Below, piece by piece: positions 23,757 to 35,485 of a DNA stretch of 64,000 nt. Position numbers and translations under genes: made by a program. Source of the stretch: Oikopleura dioica (Eukaryota > Animalia > Chordata); assembly GCA_907165135.1 (NCBI GenBank), contig OU015568.1:9672001-9736000 (forward strand), read 5' to 3'. A model generated the notes under the pieces. It was given only the letters and a program-made list of their open reading frames with translations, ran no database searches and had not been told where the DNA came from. The stretch's first letter is position 1, and every line of letters starts with the position of its first letter.

Positions 23757-25208
23757 ATGAGAAGTATTCGCTTCAATGTGTCGGGTGAAATTTTTTATAT
23801 TCCTCTTGAAAATTTGCTCAAGCATCCATCAACGACGCTCGGAAATTTTCAAACATTGATAAAATTCTACGATGTCAAAAGAGACGAGTATTTTCTTGAT
23901 CGACATCGGCCGACATTTTGGATTATTTATGATTATTATATGACAGGTTAGGATCTCTGATACGCTTTGATTGAAATGTTAAAGGTGTGCTTGAAAGATC
24001 AGAGGAAGTACCCCTACGCGTGATTGTCGACGAGCTTAAATTTTATTCCCTCGAAGCAGATGTCATCAACGACTTTCTCATGTCCGAATGTATCCTCGCC
24101 AAGGATCCAATGAGCAACATTCAGTCACGGACAAAATTTAAACGGATTCTTTCCGAGCTCATCTGCCTCCAGAAACTCGACGAGGATGACGACCCCTTCT
24201 CAAAATGGAAGAATTTCCGGAAAATATTCGTCCGCTACTTGAGCATTTTCATCGTTGCGATCGCGACCATTGGGTTTATCGTCGATTCTGGCTACTTGGA
24301 AGCAGAAAATAGATCGGAAGGACTCGATAAGAACCTGAAAAGACTAGAATTTCTCTTTGGCATTTGGTTTTCAATGCAGCTCTTTGGCGAGTTTGTCATC
24401 ACGCCAAAATTTGAAACATTCGACAAGCTCATGTTTCTCATCAACATCATTTCGCTACAAGCAAGCATACAGTACCTCGTCATCAACACGTGGTTCAGTG
24501 GAAATGAGAATCGACTATTTTTGCGAGTGATCAACTTTTTGCGTTCTTTCCGAGTCCTGCTTTTGGAGCGCTTTTGTAGAAACTTGCGACACTTGCTCAT
24601 TTCTATTTACGACACGCGGACAATGATAGGACACGTGATAATTATCAATTTATTTACGTCCAGTATAATCGGCACATTTGTTTATTCCTTCGGTAAAGAA
24701 TATAAAAACATGGATTAAAAGGTGATGAATTCTTTCAGAAACAAAGGAAGAATTCAACAGTATTCCTCAATCAATCCAATTTGTCATGTAAGCATTCTGA
24801 ATAACTGACTTTCCTCCTATTTTCTAGCTCTACAATGGCGACAATTGGCTACGGAGTCCCAGAAGTTCCGGAAACTCTTCCGGGAAAACTATGCAGCGTC
24901 GTTGCAGGTACCTTATTTTTTTCTCCGACTTTGACCATCAACCTAAGTTGTCAATACATAATTTAGTTATTTTCGGCATCATTTGCGTGTCCCTTCCGAT
25001 TCCAATTATAGCGACAACTTGGCAGCGCAAGTACATAACGGACATGAAGGAGTTTTGTGGTCCTATTGGGAAAATGTATACCCCAGCCGATTTGCGGGAA
25101 TCATCGATGCCAGGTGAGATGTCTGATGGCGGGTTAAGGAGACGATCGTCACACCGGATGCTCGCTAGACTGGCTGTTCCTTTGGTCGAGGTATTAAACC
25201 GTCTGTGA
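23757..25208 (+). CDS. Divergent voltage-gated potassium channel alpha subunit (T1 domain plus 6 TM)
   Basis: T1 IRFNVSGEIF...HPSTTLGN and EYFLDRHRPTF; S4 LRVINFLRSFRVLLLER; filter TMATIGYG; S6 VSLPIPII. Confidence 0.9.
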
Positions 25209-26222
25209 ACCATGGAAAAAGAAAGACATCCAGTGATTCAAGTGACATTTTTTAGCCTCGAAACAACACAAACGGCCGGGCAAGTCCACGGCAATCGACA
25301 TCTGAGCTTTGGGATGTTCATAAGCGGAATACGCGCAAGGACAGTTTTCTGAAAGCATTTTTTAATTCTACATCCTGCATAATTAGTTTTCGAAATTCCA
25401 CTAAAAGGAGCGCCTCCAACAAACGAGAAGAACGAGAAGCTATTCATGTGGAACTTGAAATCAGCAAAATGCATAAACCATTTGGTTCCTCAGAATATTT
25501 CTTTCAATAAAGATTTAAAAGACAATCTTATTTTTTGAAGAAGCCGCGTTTCCTTATTTTTTCATGCTCATCGCGATTTCGATCGTGTGGAACGCCACTC
25601 ACTGAGAAAAATAGCCAGTGATGGATAAAGATACCGTATTCAAGCTTGGCTACGTCGATTCTCAGAGAATTGAACTCCTGAATTGCGGAATCAAGAGAAT
25701 GTTTCGGAGAATCTGCGCTTTATCAAAAACTAGTGACCTATTTTAATTTACACATTTGAGAAACTGCCACATTCTTTACTGTTTTTCTTACTGACGTACA
25801 GCTGGAATTTTGACCGAGGAAGGTCACTCTTGGCAGAGAAAATTGAAGTTGAGAAATCTAAGACTACGAAGTTCGTAATAATTATTTGAAACTAATAAAT
25901 TCATTAATTTGGGATCAATTTTCTCTAAAGACTGATGTCGTTTTCACATAGTCGAACTTCTAGCGGCGGTAGTAAAATTTGGGTTTACGTTCTTTTTTTG
26001 TCAAAATTCAGAGTGCTCTTCTTGGCGTGGGCGTTTTTCATTTTCTGTTTGGGCGAATTCGAGTTGCGCGGCGCGTTTTTAGCTTGAGCGCGTTCCTCTC
26101 GGTTCAAGTACACTACTGCTACAGTACTCAGTACAGACACAGCTGAAGATTAGTCAGACAGAGACTTGTCAGTGCAGAAAGGAAGAATCAGAAGAGCGCG
26201 AAAGAGAGTGAGAGACAGAAAA

Positions 26223-29200
26223 ATGCAAACGAACCCGTTCGAACTGGCACCAGCTGGTGATAAGAAATCGAAGATTTGCGGATAAGAAAAACCCCTGTGT
26301 ATCATGGATGTTCATAATCACGATGGTAAGGTCGATTTTTATTTGAAGAATTTGGATTTCTTGGCCATAAACAAAAATTTTGAACGATTTTATGATTAAA
26401 GATGGGAATTTCTGCGTTTTCCTAGAATTTCTCAGATTTTTTACAAGAAAAAATCATAGAATATTGATGTTTATTCCCTTCTGGTTCTTTAAGAGCACGA
26501 TTATTAGATAATTCTAGCTAAAAAGACTGTACTTTTCAAGAAAAAGAAGCAAGTACTCGAAATTTTGGAAATTTCTCGTCGTTTAAACTAGTAATTACTG
26601 GCGTATTTATACTAATAAAAGTATTTCTAAGAATATTCTCGGATTATTGTAATTTCATTTTCGAATAATTCCAATTTTATGAATAAATCTTTTCCCACAG
26701 ACTCAACCAATACGTCAAATCAACGCTGATTTTAAATTGTGTGCTAGAAATTTTCTAGGAAATGATTTATGTGTCCTCTGGGCTCGGCAACCTGTGTAAA
26801 AACCTGTGTCATGATCTGAAAGATCTTCAACGAAAAGCCGCGTCGCGGCTTTTTATTTTAACGAAGCCACGAAGCGGCAAAGCCAAATTTTGAAAATATA
26901 ATGGAATAGTACTTTTGAAAATAAAAAAACCGCTACGCGGCTTTTCATTAAAGATCTTTCAGACCCTGAGCCAGGTTTCCTACACAGGTTGCCGAGCTCA
27001 GGTTTTTGATTTATTTATCTTGGCTCAAGTTATGAAAGTAAGTTTAAAGTAAACTGAGTAAGTAACAAACGCGCGAGCACAAATATTTAACCCGTAATCA
27101 GAAAAAGAGAGAGCAGCCAGGCCCGAAATGTGAAACTTTTTAACCAAATTCGAAATATGCGAACTCCAGGTTCTCCCCTACTCCAAATGTACAGTAACAG
27201 CGAGTTGCTTATCTATTATTTTAGATGCTTCATATCTTCAAAATTATGTTCGCGAGATCGTGCAGCAGCGGGGCTGGACGGGCGCCGAATCCGCTGCTAA
27301 TGACGATTTGACCAGGCTCAACAATCTTCTTTCACTCGTCGATGGGATTCTGCTCAACGTATTTCCTGATGGATCGATTCATTCTATTTATGGTTTCTTC
27401 TTTTGCTCCAAATTAAAGGTTGATGACAGCGTTTTAGGTCCGATGGAGACGTTTATTGAGTACTCAAGCGACGAAATTTCTAATATTTATGAACTTTTAG
27501 CAAAGTTTTCAAAATAAAATTAATATTTATCCAATCAAAAATTAGCATTTTGAAAAAAATAACCAATCAGAATTACGTTCTTATTGGCTCATTTTAGCCA
27601 AAAGCTAATAAAAGTCAATATCTACGCAGAAAAACGGGTAAAATAGGAGAATCGTTGCTTTTAATTTTTGAAAACTCGAAAAAACAGACAGTGGTTACAG
27701 TGACGAAGTTCGCTGCATTCTGAGCCAACAGGAGTTCGTCGCTGGCGACGGTCTTGCTGGGCACAAAATCAGCTTTAGAATCAAACCCGCTCCCAAGACA
27801 CCTCGACATAATCATAAGTTTTGCCTTTTCGACTGCTTTTTCAAAAGATTCTCCCAGGTAAAAAGTTCCTCCTTCTACTCGTTTTCAAATTTTTAGTCAT
27901 CTTCATCATTCTGTTCACTTCTTTGCCTTCGTTACGACTGGATCCAGGTGAAACGCGAAAATATCTTCAGCAATAATCCTCTTCTTTAGCTAACAATAAC
28001 CACCTCCTTACCTCGACAACAGCAAGACATTGAGTTTTGGTCAATTACAGACGGGAAGAAATCCGAGCTGAATTGGATCACCGACGTTGAAATTCACAAT
28101 CCACCGAGCAAGTCTCTCCGAAATACCGACACTGACTTATTTATCGACACCTTCAAGGATCGTAGACAATCTTTTTTCGCTAGAAATACCTCTAGAATTA
28201 GACTTTTACCGTTGGCTCGGCTCTGTCTATGAACCTGTTTGGTTACAGTCTTTCAAAGTTGCCGAGCCCAGTTTTTGTCGATCCTGGTAAAAGGACATCA
28301 TCTTCCGCGAGCTTATCGGCTCGTACTCGACCGAAAGCACTCGGCGAATGAACAACATGTGGCACACGCTGCGCTCAAGTCCCAGCAGAGAGACGGACAA
28401 CAGAACGTCAGTGCTAAATATCACCCAACTTGAGCAAAGTTCAATGGAGGTGCATCAGCACAAACGTGAATCCTTCCTGTCAAAAATCCGGTATGTCAAA
28501 AACCGTCTCCCGATCCTCGAAACATTCTGAACTTGAAAAGAAAAAAACTCAGTTTTCTTTTTTCTCTATTTTCAATTCTAGTGCGACGGGCATCAGCGAA
28601 GACGAGCTGAAGCGATTGAAGCTGATTATCAACACAACCCTCAGGATCGTCATCAACAAGAGATCGCATCAAGCAAAGAAAGAATACGTGACGCTAGAAG
28701 AAGCGACGAAGAGCGCGAGTAATTCTAGCGCCGAATCGAACCAGTTCCTGATGGAGTTCAACCACCGCATCTCAATCCCAAATGAAGTGCTCCGAATCGC
28801 CACCCGTTCACTGCCAAAGAAACAACAAATGAAATCAAACGGCGGCGGCAAAAGCAGCTCGAAAAACAACCAAAATTCACCGGCGAAGAATTCTCAAGCT
28901 GGCAGTTCGGTCGTAAAAGGAACGCCCAACTCGAGGCCGAAGAGAAATTCGCCCAGGAATACGAAAGGAACAGTCATTTACAGGCTACTGAGCGATGACA
29001 ACTTTTCCAACTCGTTCTATACAGAGGTACAGTAGGATAACGGTACTGAATGAGTACTATTCATTGTTGAATAGGAAAAGTTGGATGGTTCCTTGCCTTC
29101 GTTAGGCTTAAGGGTTAGTGGCTACTCTTAACCTTTTCTGATTTTTTAAAGATGTGACATAAGGCCGTCAAGTTCAGAGTCATCTACCAGTAGTAGACTA

Positions 29201-32200
29201 CCACCATTCATGTTTTGTGAATACCGTAGAGTCTACGCCCTAGATGTCTTTCGAAAAACAGTAATTGCAATTAACTGAGTGGACACTCAACTTAACATAC
29301 AAGTTAATCTAGCCCGAAGGAAAATGTCTCTAAAATCATTATGTTATCTCATTATGTCATCAGAAAAGGTGCATCTCAGAAAAAAACCTTTCCTCAGAAT
29401 AATTCAAAAGGTTGACATAGCATCTTTGAGAGTGAAAATTAATGATGAAGCTCATTAGTGCAACATCTTTTTTTATGAAAATTACACTTCTGTCGAAAAA
29501 GTAATCCGTTGTCAACTTGGTTCTTTTGCAAATTTTCTTCAAACTACAGAATCGTTAAAGAGATTTTCTTTTTTTTTCCTTCAAAAAACAGAGTTGAGGA
29601 ATCAAGGAAAGAAATCTAGACAGGAACCTTCCAACTCGGTTCAAGGGGGCTTGTCTGCAGTCTCATCACGAATTTGGTAATTGCACAATATGCTTCTGGC
29701 AACATAAAACTAAAGTTTCCCGTGGGGCCCGGAGCGAAGCGCAAGCACACCATATTCTAACCTGAGCGCTTTTTGTAATCCTTTTTTCACTGAAATGATT
29801 CAATGACTTCCGTTCGCGCTGCTCCGAGGTACTAATTTATTCACTTTTGAAACTCATTAAAAACCGAAACGTCGAGTTTTGATGTTTCGAAAAGATCTCT
29901 TCAAGGATGCTTTTTTATACCCAAACGACTTTTACGCCCACTATCATGCGCAACTGCTGAATAACGAGGTACAGTCGAGAGAAATCGTCATTCCTAAGGT
30001 TCACCGTCCATTTGCCATATTAATATGCATATGGTTTTGAGAATATAGGAAAAATGCGTGTCTCTTCTGGTTAATGGTTGCGGTTTTGAAAGATTACTCG
30101 AATGTTTGGTATGTTTACGAGCAACGAGCGATAATGCTGAGTAGATAGTTCCAGGCAGTGGGACTAAACTTGTGATATGATTTTTTATGAGTTTGTTGGG
30201 AGGGTAATGAGAGACAATGAGTTGTTGAAGTACCTGTTGACTCTACAGTGTAGAGGAACTACGGGAATAGTAAAGAGGACCTAGTGAGTTCTAAGTTTAT
30301 TATGTAATATTATTTATATTTTTTTTTATGTACAGTGCAATATTTAATTCTTAACATTTGAATTTTTCTCGGTATCGGCCTGCTTCCTGTTGATTTTGAT
30401 GATTGGCCAAAAAATAGACATTGAAACCTACCTGTTGAAAATATAGGTCAATTAGCAACTGAAAATTTACTGTTTCAAATAAACCCCTTTTGCATCCAAA
30501 GTTAACTACCCCCTTTGCTTGCTCCCGCGATTCTCCTTTTTTCGGTTGATGGCGTCAAAGGGTCATTGGAAAATGACATGTTCAAGGCGCGTTGTTAACG
30601 ACTAAAGAGAACTCTTGTGGACGATTTCATTTATTCTCTGTTTTTGGTCAAAATAAGCGGCTTTCGCGCTTGAAATGAGAGGGAAAACGCGACATTTGTT
30701 AAACTAGTTACATAACTTTAGTCACGCGATCAGAATTAAATCATTTGCAATTTTTAATCGTTTGATAATTGAAGAACAGCAATAAATTAATCGACAACAT
30801 ACAAGAGAATAAAACACAGAGAATTAACGAAAACTCAAAGCTTCAATATGTACACGCTTTTTGAGCGTCCGAAGTCTGTGAATGAGAGACTGATAACGGT
30901 AACGCTTGGCCGAATATACTTTATCTAGTGCCCCTTTCTTCATCATAAATTCAGTGTTATTAGGCTCGCTATTCTGAAACCTCCAACTTTTCAATTTCTA
31001 AACTTTAGTTTTTGAGCGCTCATTTACGAGATTTTTCTAGTATCTTCAAAGTCAGAAGGAAAGATCGAGGAAGAGTCCAATTCGATCACCAGGAATGGAC
31101 TTAGAACATCATTCAAGAGCAGAGTTAAAGTGTTCAGATGTATGATGAATGCCCTAAAGACACAGCACAAGAAACTTGTTTTCTGCGCTATTATTTTGAT
31201 GCAAAACCAGACAGATCTAATTATAGATCCATATATATTGAGGTTAGCTTCTTTCTTCGGAGATATTATGTAATCCGCGTAGCTTAAAAATTTAAATTAA
31301 TGCCATTAGGTTTCTTTGATCTGAAATGCGCTATTCTTTTTCTTATTGTTGCATCTGCTAATAAAACATTCAAAAGTCTGAAAAAAGGGTCCGATAGCAG
31401 AAAGTCCGACAAGTCGGCAGGCTCACCAATGATTGCCGAGAAGGATACGCCGATTTTAAAAGAACTCTTGCGCAAGAACGACGAAGAATCGACGGTAAGA
31501 ACGAAATAACGAGGTCGAAATCAAGTGATATTAAATAATTCAATATTGAATATATATTGGCAATATTTTGGGTTAAACAAAATTGATATGGCTAATAATC
31601 AATGAGGAAGTTTTTATCTATGTTCGTAGATAACCGATACGAACTAACGATTCCAATTTTAGCCAAGGTCAAGGCGCGGCACGAAGCGTCCAAAAGACGA
31701 CGACTTCATTTCGGGACCGCGAGATACTGGTTTAAACGATGGCCCGCCGCCACCATCATTATCTTGCAGATCAAATGATTCTGGCTCCAGTAATACCATG
31801 ATGCTCCAACAGGTAAATCCACTGTCTATATTTCACAGAAAAGAAAAACCTATATTTATAACTCTAGGTATCACTGACGTAATCAGATCTTTACATTTTC
31901 TATTTTTGGACAGAAAAATTAAACATTAAACAGCGTAGTGTTAAACAAAGACTGACCTTTAAGACATTTTCATAAATACTTTGTAAACTGTACTTTTATA
32001 TGAGCAGAATCAGAATCAGCGCATCTCACCCACTCCTCAACTCACTGAAGAGCAAAAGCAGGCCAAGCTGGAGGAAGAAAAAACAGAGCGATACATCAAG
32101 TTCGTCACCGCTTTTAGCAAGCGCGCAAGAGCGGCGATGGAACAGCAACAACAGCAACAAGCAAACTCTTCTGTAAATCAAGCGACCCCCAATCCTCCGA

Positions 32201-33847
32201 CTTCTCAATGTCCTCCCGTTCAGCGACAAAATTCTCAACCGATGGTTAGTACCGAGTCCAAGGGCGCCTTTCAAGAGGTAAGATTAAAAATCCAGTTGGA
32301 AGCGTCTAATGACCCCGCTCCTTTCAGGGTGACAGTCAAATCCGACGGATGCTAGTCAGTAAAGACGGCCCCGCCGTCTTTCAGGTAAGAGAAGCGCCCA
32401 TGATCATCCATTATTGAGATATTCAGCCAAATCGCGGAGCTCACAACCTTAACGCGCCAAAGCGGCTCAATCGATCTGGATCTGTACCTAGCAATAGTAT
32501 GAACAGTCAACCCCAAGTTCAACAGCATATGCACCATCAGCAACATCTGCAACCCCCTCAGCTCTCCCCTCAGCCTGGAATGAACAATCAATTCAATCAA
32601 GGCAAGCCGCTCGAAGTCGTCAACGTCGTCCAAGTCTCCCCACGTGGTTATCAACAACGAAGCCCTCAAGATGTTCAAATGGAAAGGCGGCGTTCTTACG
32701 GGTACTGCGAATTTTTCCTGAAATTATTTCAAAAAATCTAAACTTAACTTCAGAGACGTCAACACTCTCCAAAATTACGTCCCTAATTCTCCGATGTCAC
32801 CTCATTTCCCGCAAAATGCGGACTTTCAGATGGCGAAGGATGAGAGCAAGAACCAATTTATTGCGCCGCCGAACCGTTCACGAAATCAATCGCTTCCTCC
32901 AACCGATTTGAATGGGCAAATTCAGGTAATACCTTGACGTTGTGTTCAAAAAGCAAACCTCTTTAGTCGATGACATCGCCTCTCCAATCACCCGTGTCCC
33001 CCATGGGCGGGCCTGTATCCCCTTACGCGAGTTCGATGCCTTCTCCCAGCGGGCCAATGATGAGCCCAGTGATGGGTCCTCAAAAGAACTTCTTCGGACA
33101 TCCTACCTCACAAATGAGCGGGCCACTTCGTGTCTCTTCTGTCCAGCAAGGACCTAATAACAAACAAGGCAATAATGGTGGTCAAATGCACCAAGTTCAA
33201 GGCTCGCACAAGACTGTTCAAAGCTACCCGAACATAATTGGTATTTTGAATCCCGCTCAGCGAAACAATCAACAACGATTCACAGTTCAGCAGAGTCGAC
33301 CGAATTTCAACCAGCCTCAGCAGCAGCATAACCGGTAGATTCTTTCGTTTCCGCTTCAAATCCATTAACTCTGTCAGTATCCCTGCTTCAATGAGCCATC
33401 CAATGAGCTACTCGCAGCAGATGAGCCCAAATCCACAACCACTTCCAGCCCAAAATCGAATGACAAACAACAACCATCAGCAACAGTACGCGCTACAGAT
33501 GGCTCCGCAAAAACAGCATCAACAGTCTACTTTATCCAAGTAAGAAGACAAAAATAGACACTCATCAATGATGATAATGATACTTCTAAAATATTGATAC
33601 TGTATCAACTAAGATGCAGACTGCAATACTGTGTTTTTTCTGCTTTGTCAATATATCGTAGAAAACTTGGCAAACTTGATATGAACATATTGAACGTAAC
33701 CTTTTTCGTTTTAGCGATTTGAAGGATCTATCACTTCCCCTTCTTGGCTCAAATGACTTCAGCAGTGACCTAGGTTGCTTGGATTTTCTGGATAACGAAA
33801 TGCCCCTCAATGGCGCATTTGAATCTACTAACAAGCTGATTCAGTAG
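26223..33847 (+). CDS. PAS-domain, Gln-rich transcriptional coactivator, NCOA/SRC(p160)-like
   Basis: PAS-A-like LLSLVDGILLNVFPDGSIHS, PAS-B-like GHHLPRAYRLVLD, NR-box-like IYRLL and LKELL, and a long Q/P/N/M-rich C-terminus. The bHLH was not clearly seen and the exon chain is only partly resolved. Confidence 0.55.
26778..27001. mobile_element. MITE-like intronic inverted repeat
   Basis: Left arm ctgggctcggcaacctgtgta...gaaagatctt...aaaagccgcg pairs with right arm cgcggcttttc...aagatctttcag...tacacaggttgccgagctcag; no TSD seen. Confidence 0.75.
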
Positions 33848-34506
33848 AATTATGACCTTCAAAAGTGTCTCATTTTTAAAGAAGAATCAACAAGTTTTAA
33901 AAGAATCTTTCGTCCAGCCTGACTTTCTTTCTTTTCTCCTTCCTTTTTCCTTAATCTTTTTCCTTAATTTCGACTTTCTTTATTATTTATCTGCTCATAA
34001 ATAAGGGTAAACATGTGTATTATTTTACTTTTACTAAACACTCACTTCATCGAAAAAATCTAGACCATCGACTGTTCATTTGTGTAACTGTAGTTCAGTT
34101 TAACCTTAAAAAATGGTGCTGATTTTAAAACTCTTCTTCTATATATATAAATTTGAAAACAGAAAACAAAACAAGCTCCTACTATGAGTTCAATAAACCT
34201 GCGTGTTCTGGGAGAATCCCGTAACTACGCCTTTGAAAAAATATCTTTCCATTATTTCTTTTATTTTCTTTCATTTATCTATGTAAGCAGCATTTTTATC
34301 AGTGGCATAAGCCCGCAGGAAACGATTAATAACGGAATCGTTTAATATTATGATTTAGCGTCAAGATTTGACGCATTCTTTTAGATGAAACCATCAGCAT
34401 TTATTTTTCCAACTAATTTATCTTCCTTTATTTATGTGATGGTGAATAGCCTATTCAGATCAGGTGATCGAAATAGTCTAGGACAGTCATTTACTAAATT
34501 ATTTAA

Positions 34507-35243
34507 GGGACCCGGGCGAGTAACGCGATGGCCAACTTTACGCGCTCGCCATTGATCTTTCAGAAAAGCTTTTTTGAAATTTCTTTTTGCTAAACATATC
34601 TTCATTCCCTCAGCTTTCATCTCCCACTTTCAGACTTTTTATATCATGATTAATTCTTGAGCTAGAGTGAAAAAGAGAAGTTCAACTTCAAAAGGCATCA
34701 ACTCCTGCAAACTTCATTTTATTGACATGAAAGCAGCACCATTGAAAAGCCCATTAAATTCTGAACAGATCATACTTAATGCGCTAAGCTGAAACTGCAG
34801 TAATGAGCGATTAAGGCCAGATAAACAAGAAAACTTGGTGCGGGCGCAGCGGGAATCATGTCCCGGGAGCCCAAAATAGCCCGATCGGAGTGTCCTGCCT
34901 TGCTGAGAGCGCTCAGTCTGTTTGTTTATCAGCGCGTTCAGGGCAATTAGTACAGTTCTAGCTTAGCGCATTAAGTATGATCTGTTCAGAATTTAATGGG
35001 CTTTTCAATGGTGCTGCTTTCATGTCAATAAAATGAAGTTTGCAGGAGTTGATGCCTTTTGAAGTTGAACTTCTCTTTTTCACTCTAGCTCAAGAATTAA
35101 TCATGATGTAAAAAGTCTGAAAGTAGGAGATGAAAGCTGAGGGAATGAAGATATGTTTAGCAAAAAGAAATTTCAAAAAAGCTTTTCTGAAAGATCAATG
35201 GCGAGCGCGTGAAGTTGGCCTTCGCGTTACTCGCCCGGGTCCC
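34507..35243. mobile_element. 737-bp non-autonomous foldback DNA transposon with TTAA target-site duplication (Kolobok-like termini)
   Basis: TTAA|GGGACCCGGGCGAG...CTCGCCCGGGTCCC|TTAA; near-perfect inverted arms of about 290 bp (34507-34797 and 34953-35243) around a spacer of about 155 bp; no transposase. Confidence 0.9.
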
Positions 35244-35485
35244 TTAAACAGAAAACTGCTCTTTTCGCCACTAAAATTGAATGAAAATCATGAATGAAAA
35301 ACTCATCAAAGTATTGAATTTATCTTATTCCTTCTATTTCTATGTAAAATATTTGTCAAAATTGCTAAATTTGCAGAATCCTGTTCAAACAACTATTAAA
35401 AAACTAATAATCAAGGTGGAAAACCTTCAAAGTTCAAAGAAAGAAAATGTTTTGATGAAAAACGGCTTTAGAAGGATTGAAAACG

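Noticed and set aside
25238-25474. 78-aa ORF convergent on the Kv 3' end
   Set aside because: No homology cues; probably UTR or intergenic sequence.
29700-29830. GC-rich stretch examined as a possible tRNA or ncRNA
   Set aside because: No cloverleaf and no convincing A/B boxes could be drawn.
34432-34620. ORF MKAEGMKICLAK... with a mirror copy near 35130-35250
   Set aside because: It lies in the arm of the foldback element, has no transposase motif, and is a by-product of the inverted repeat.
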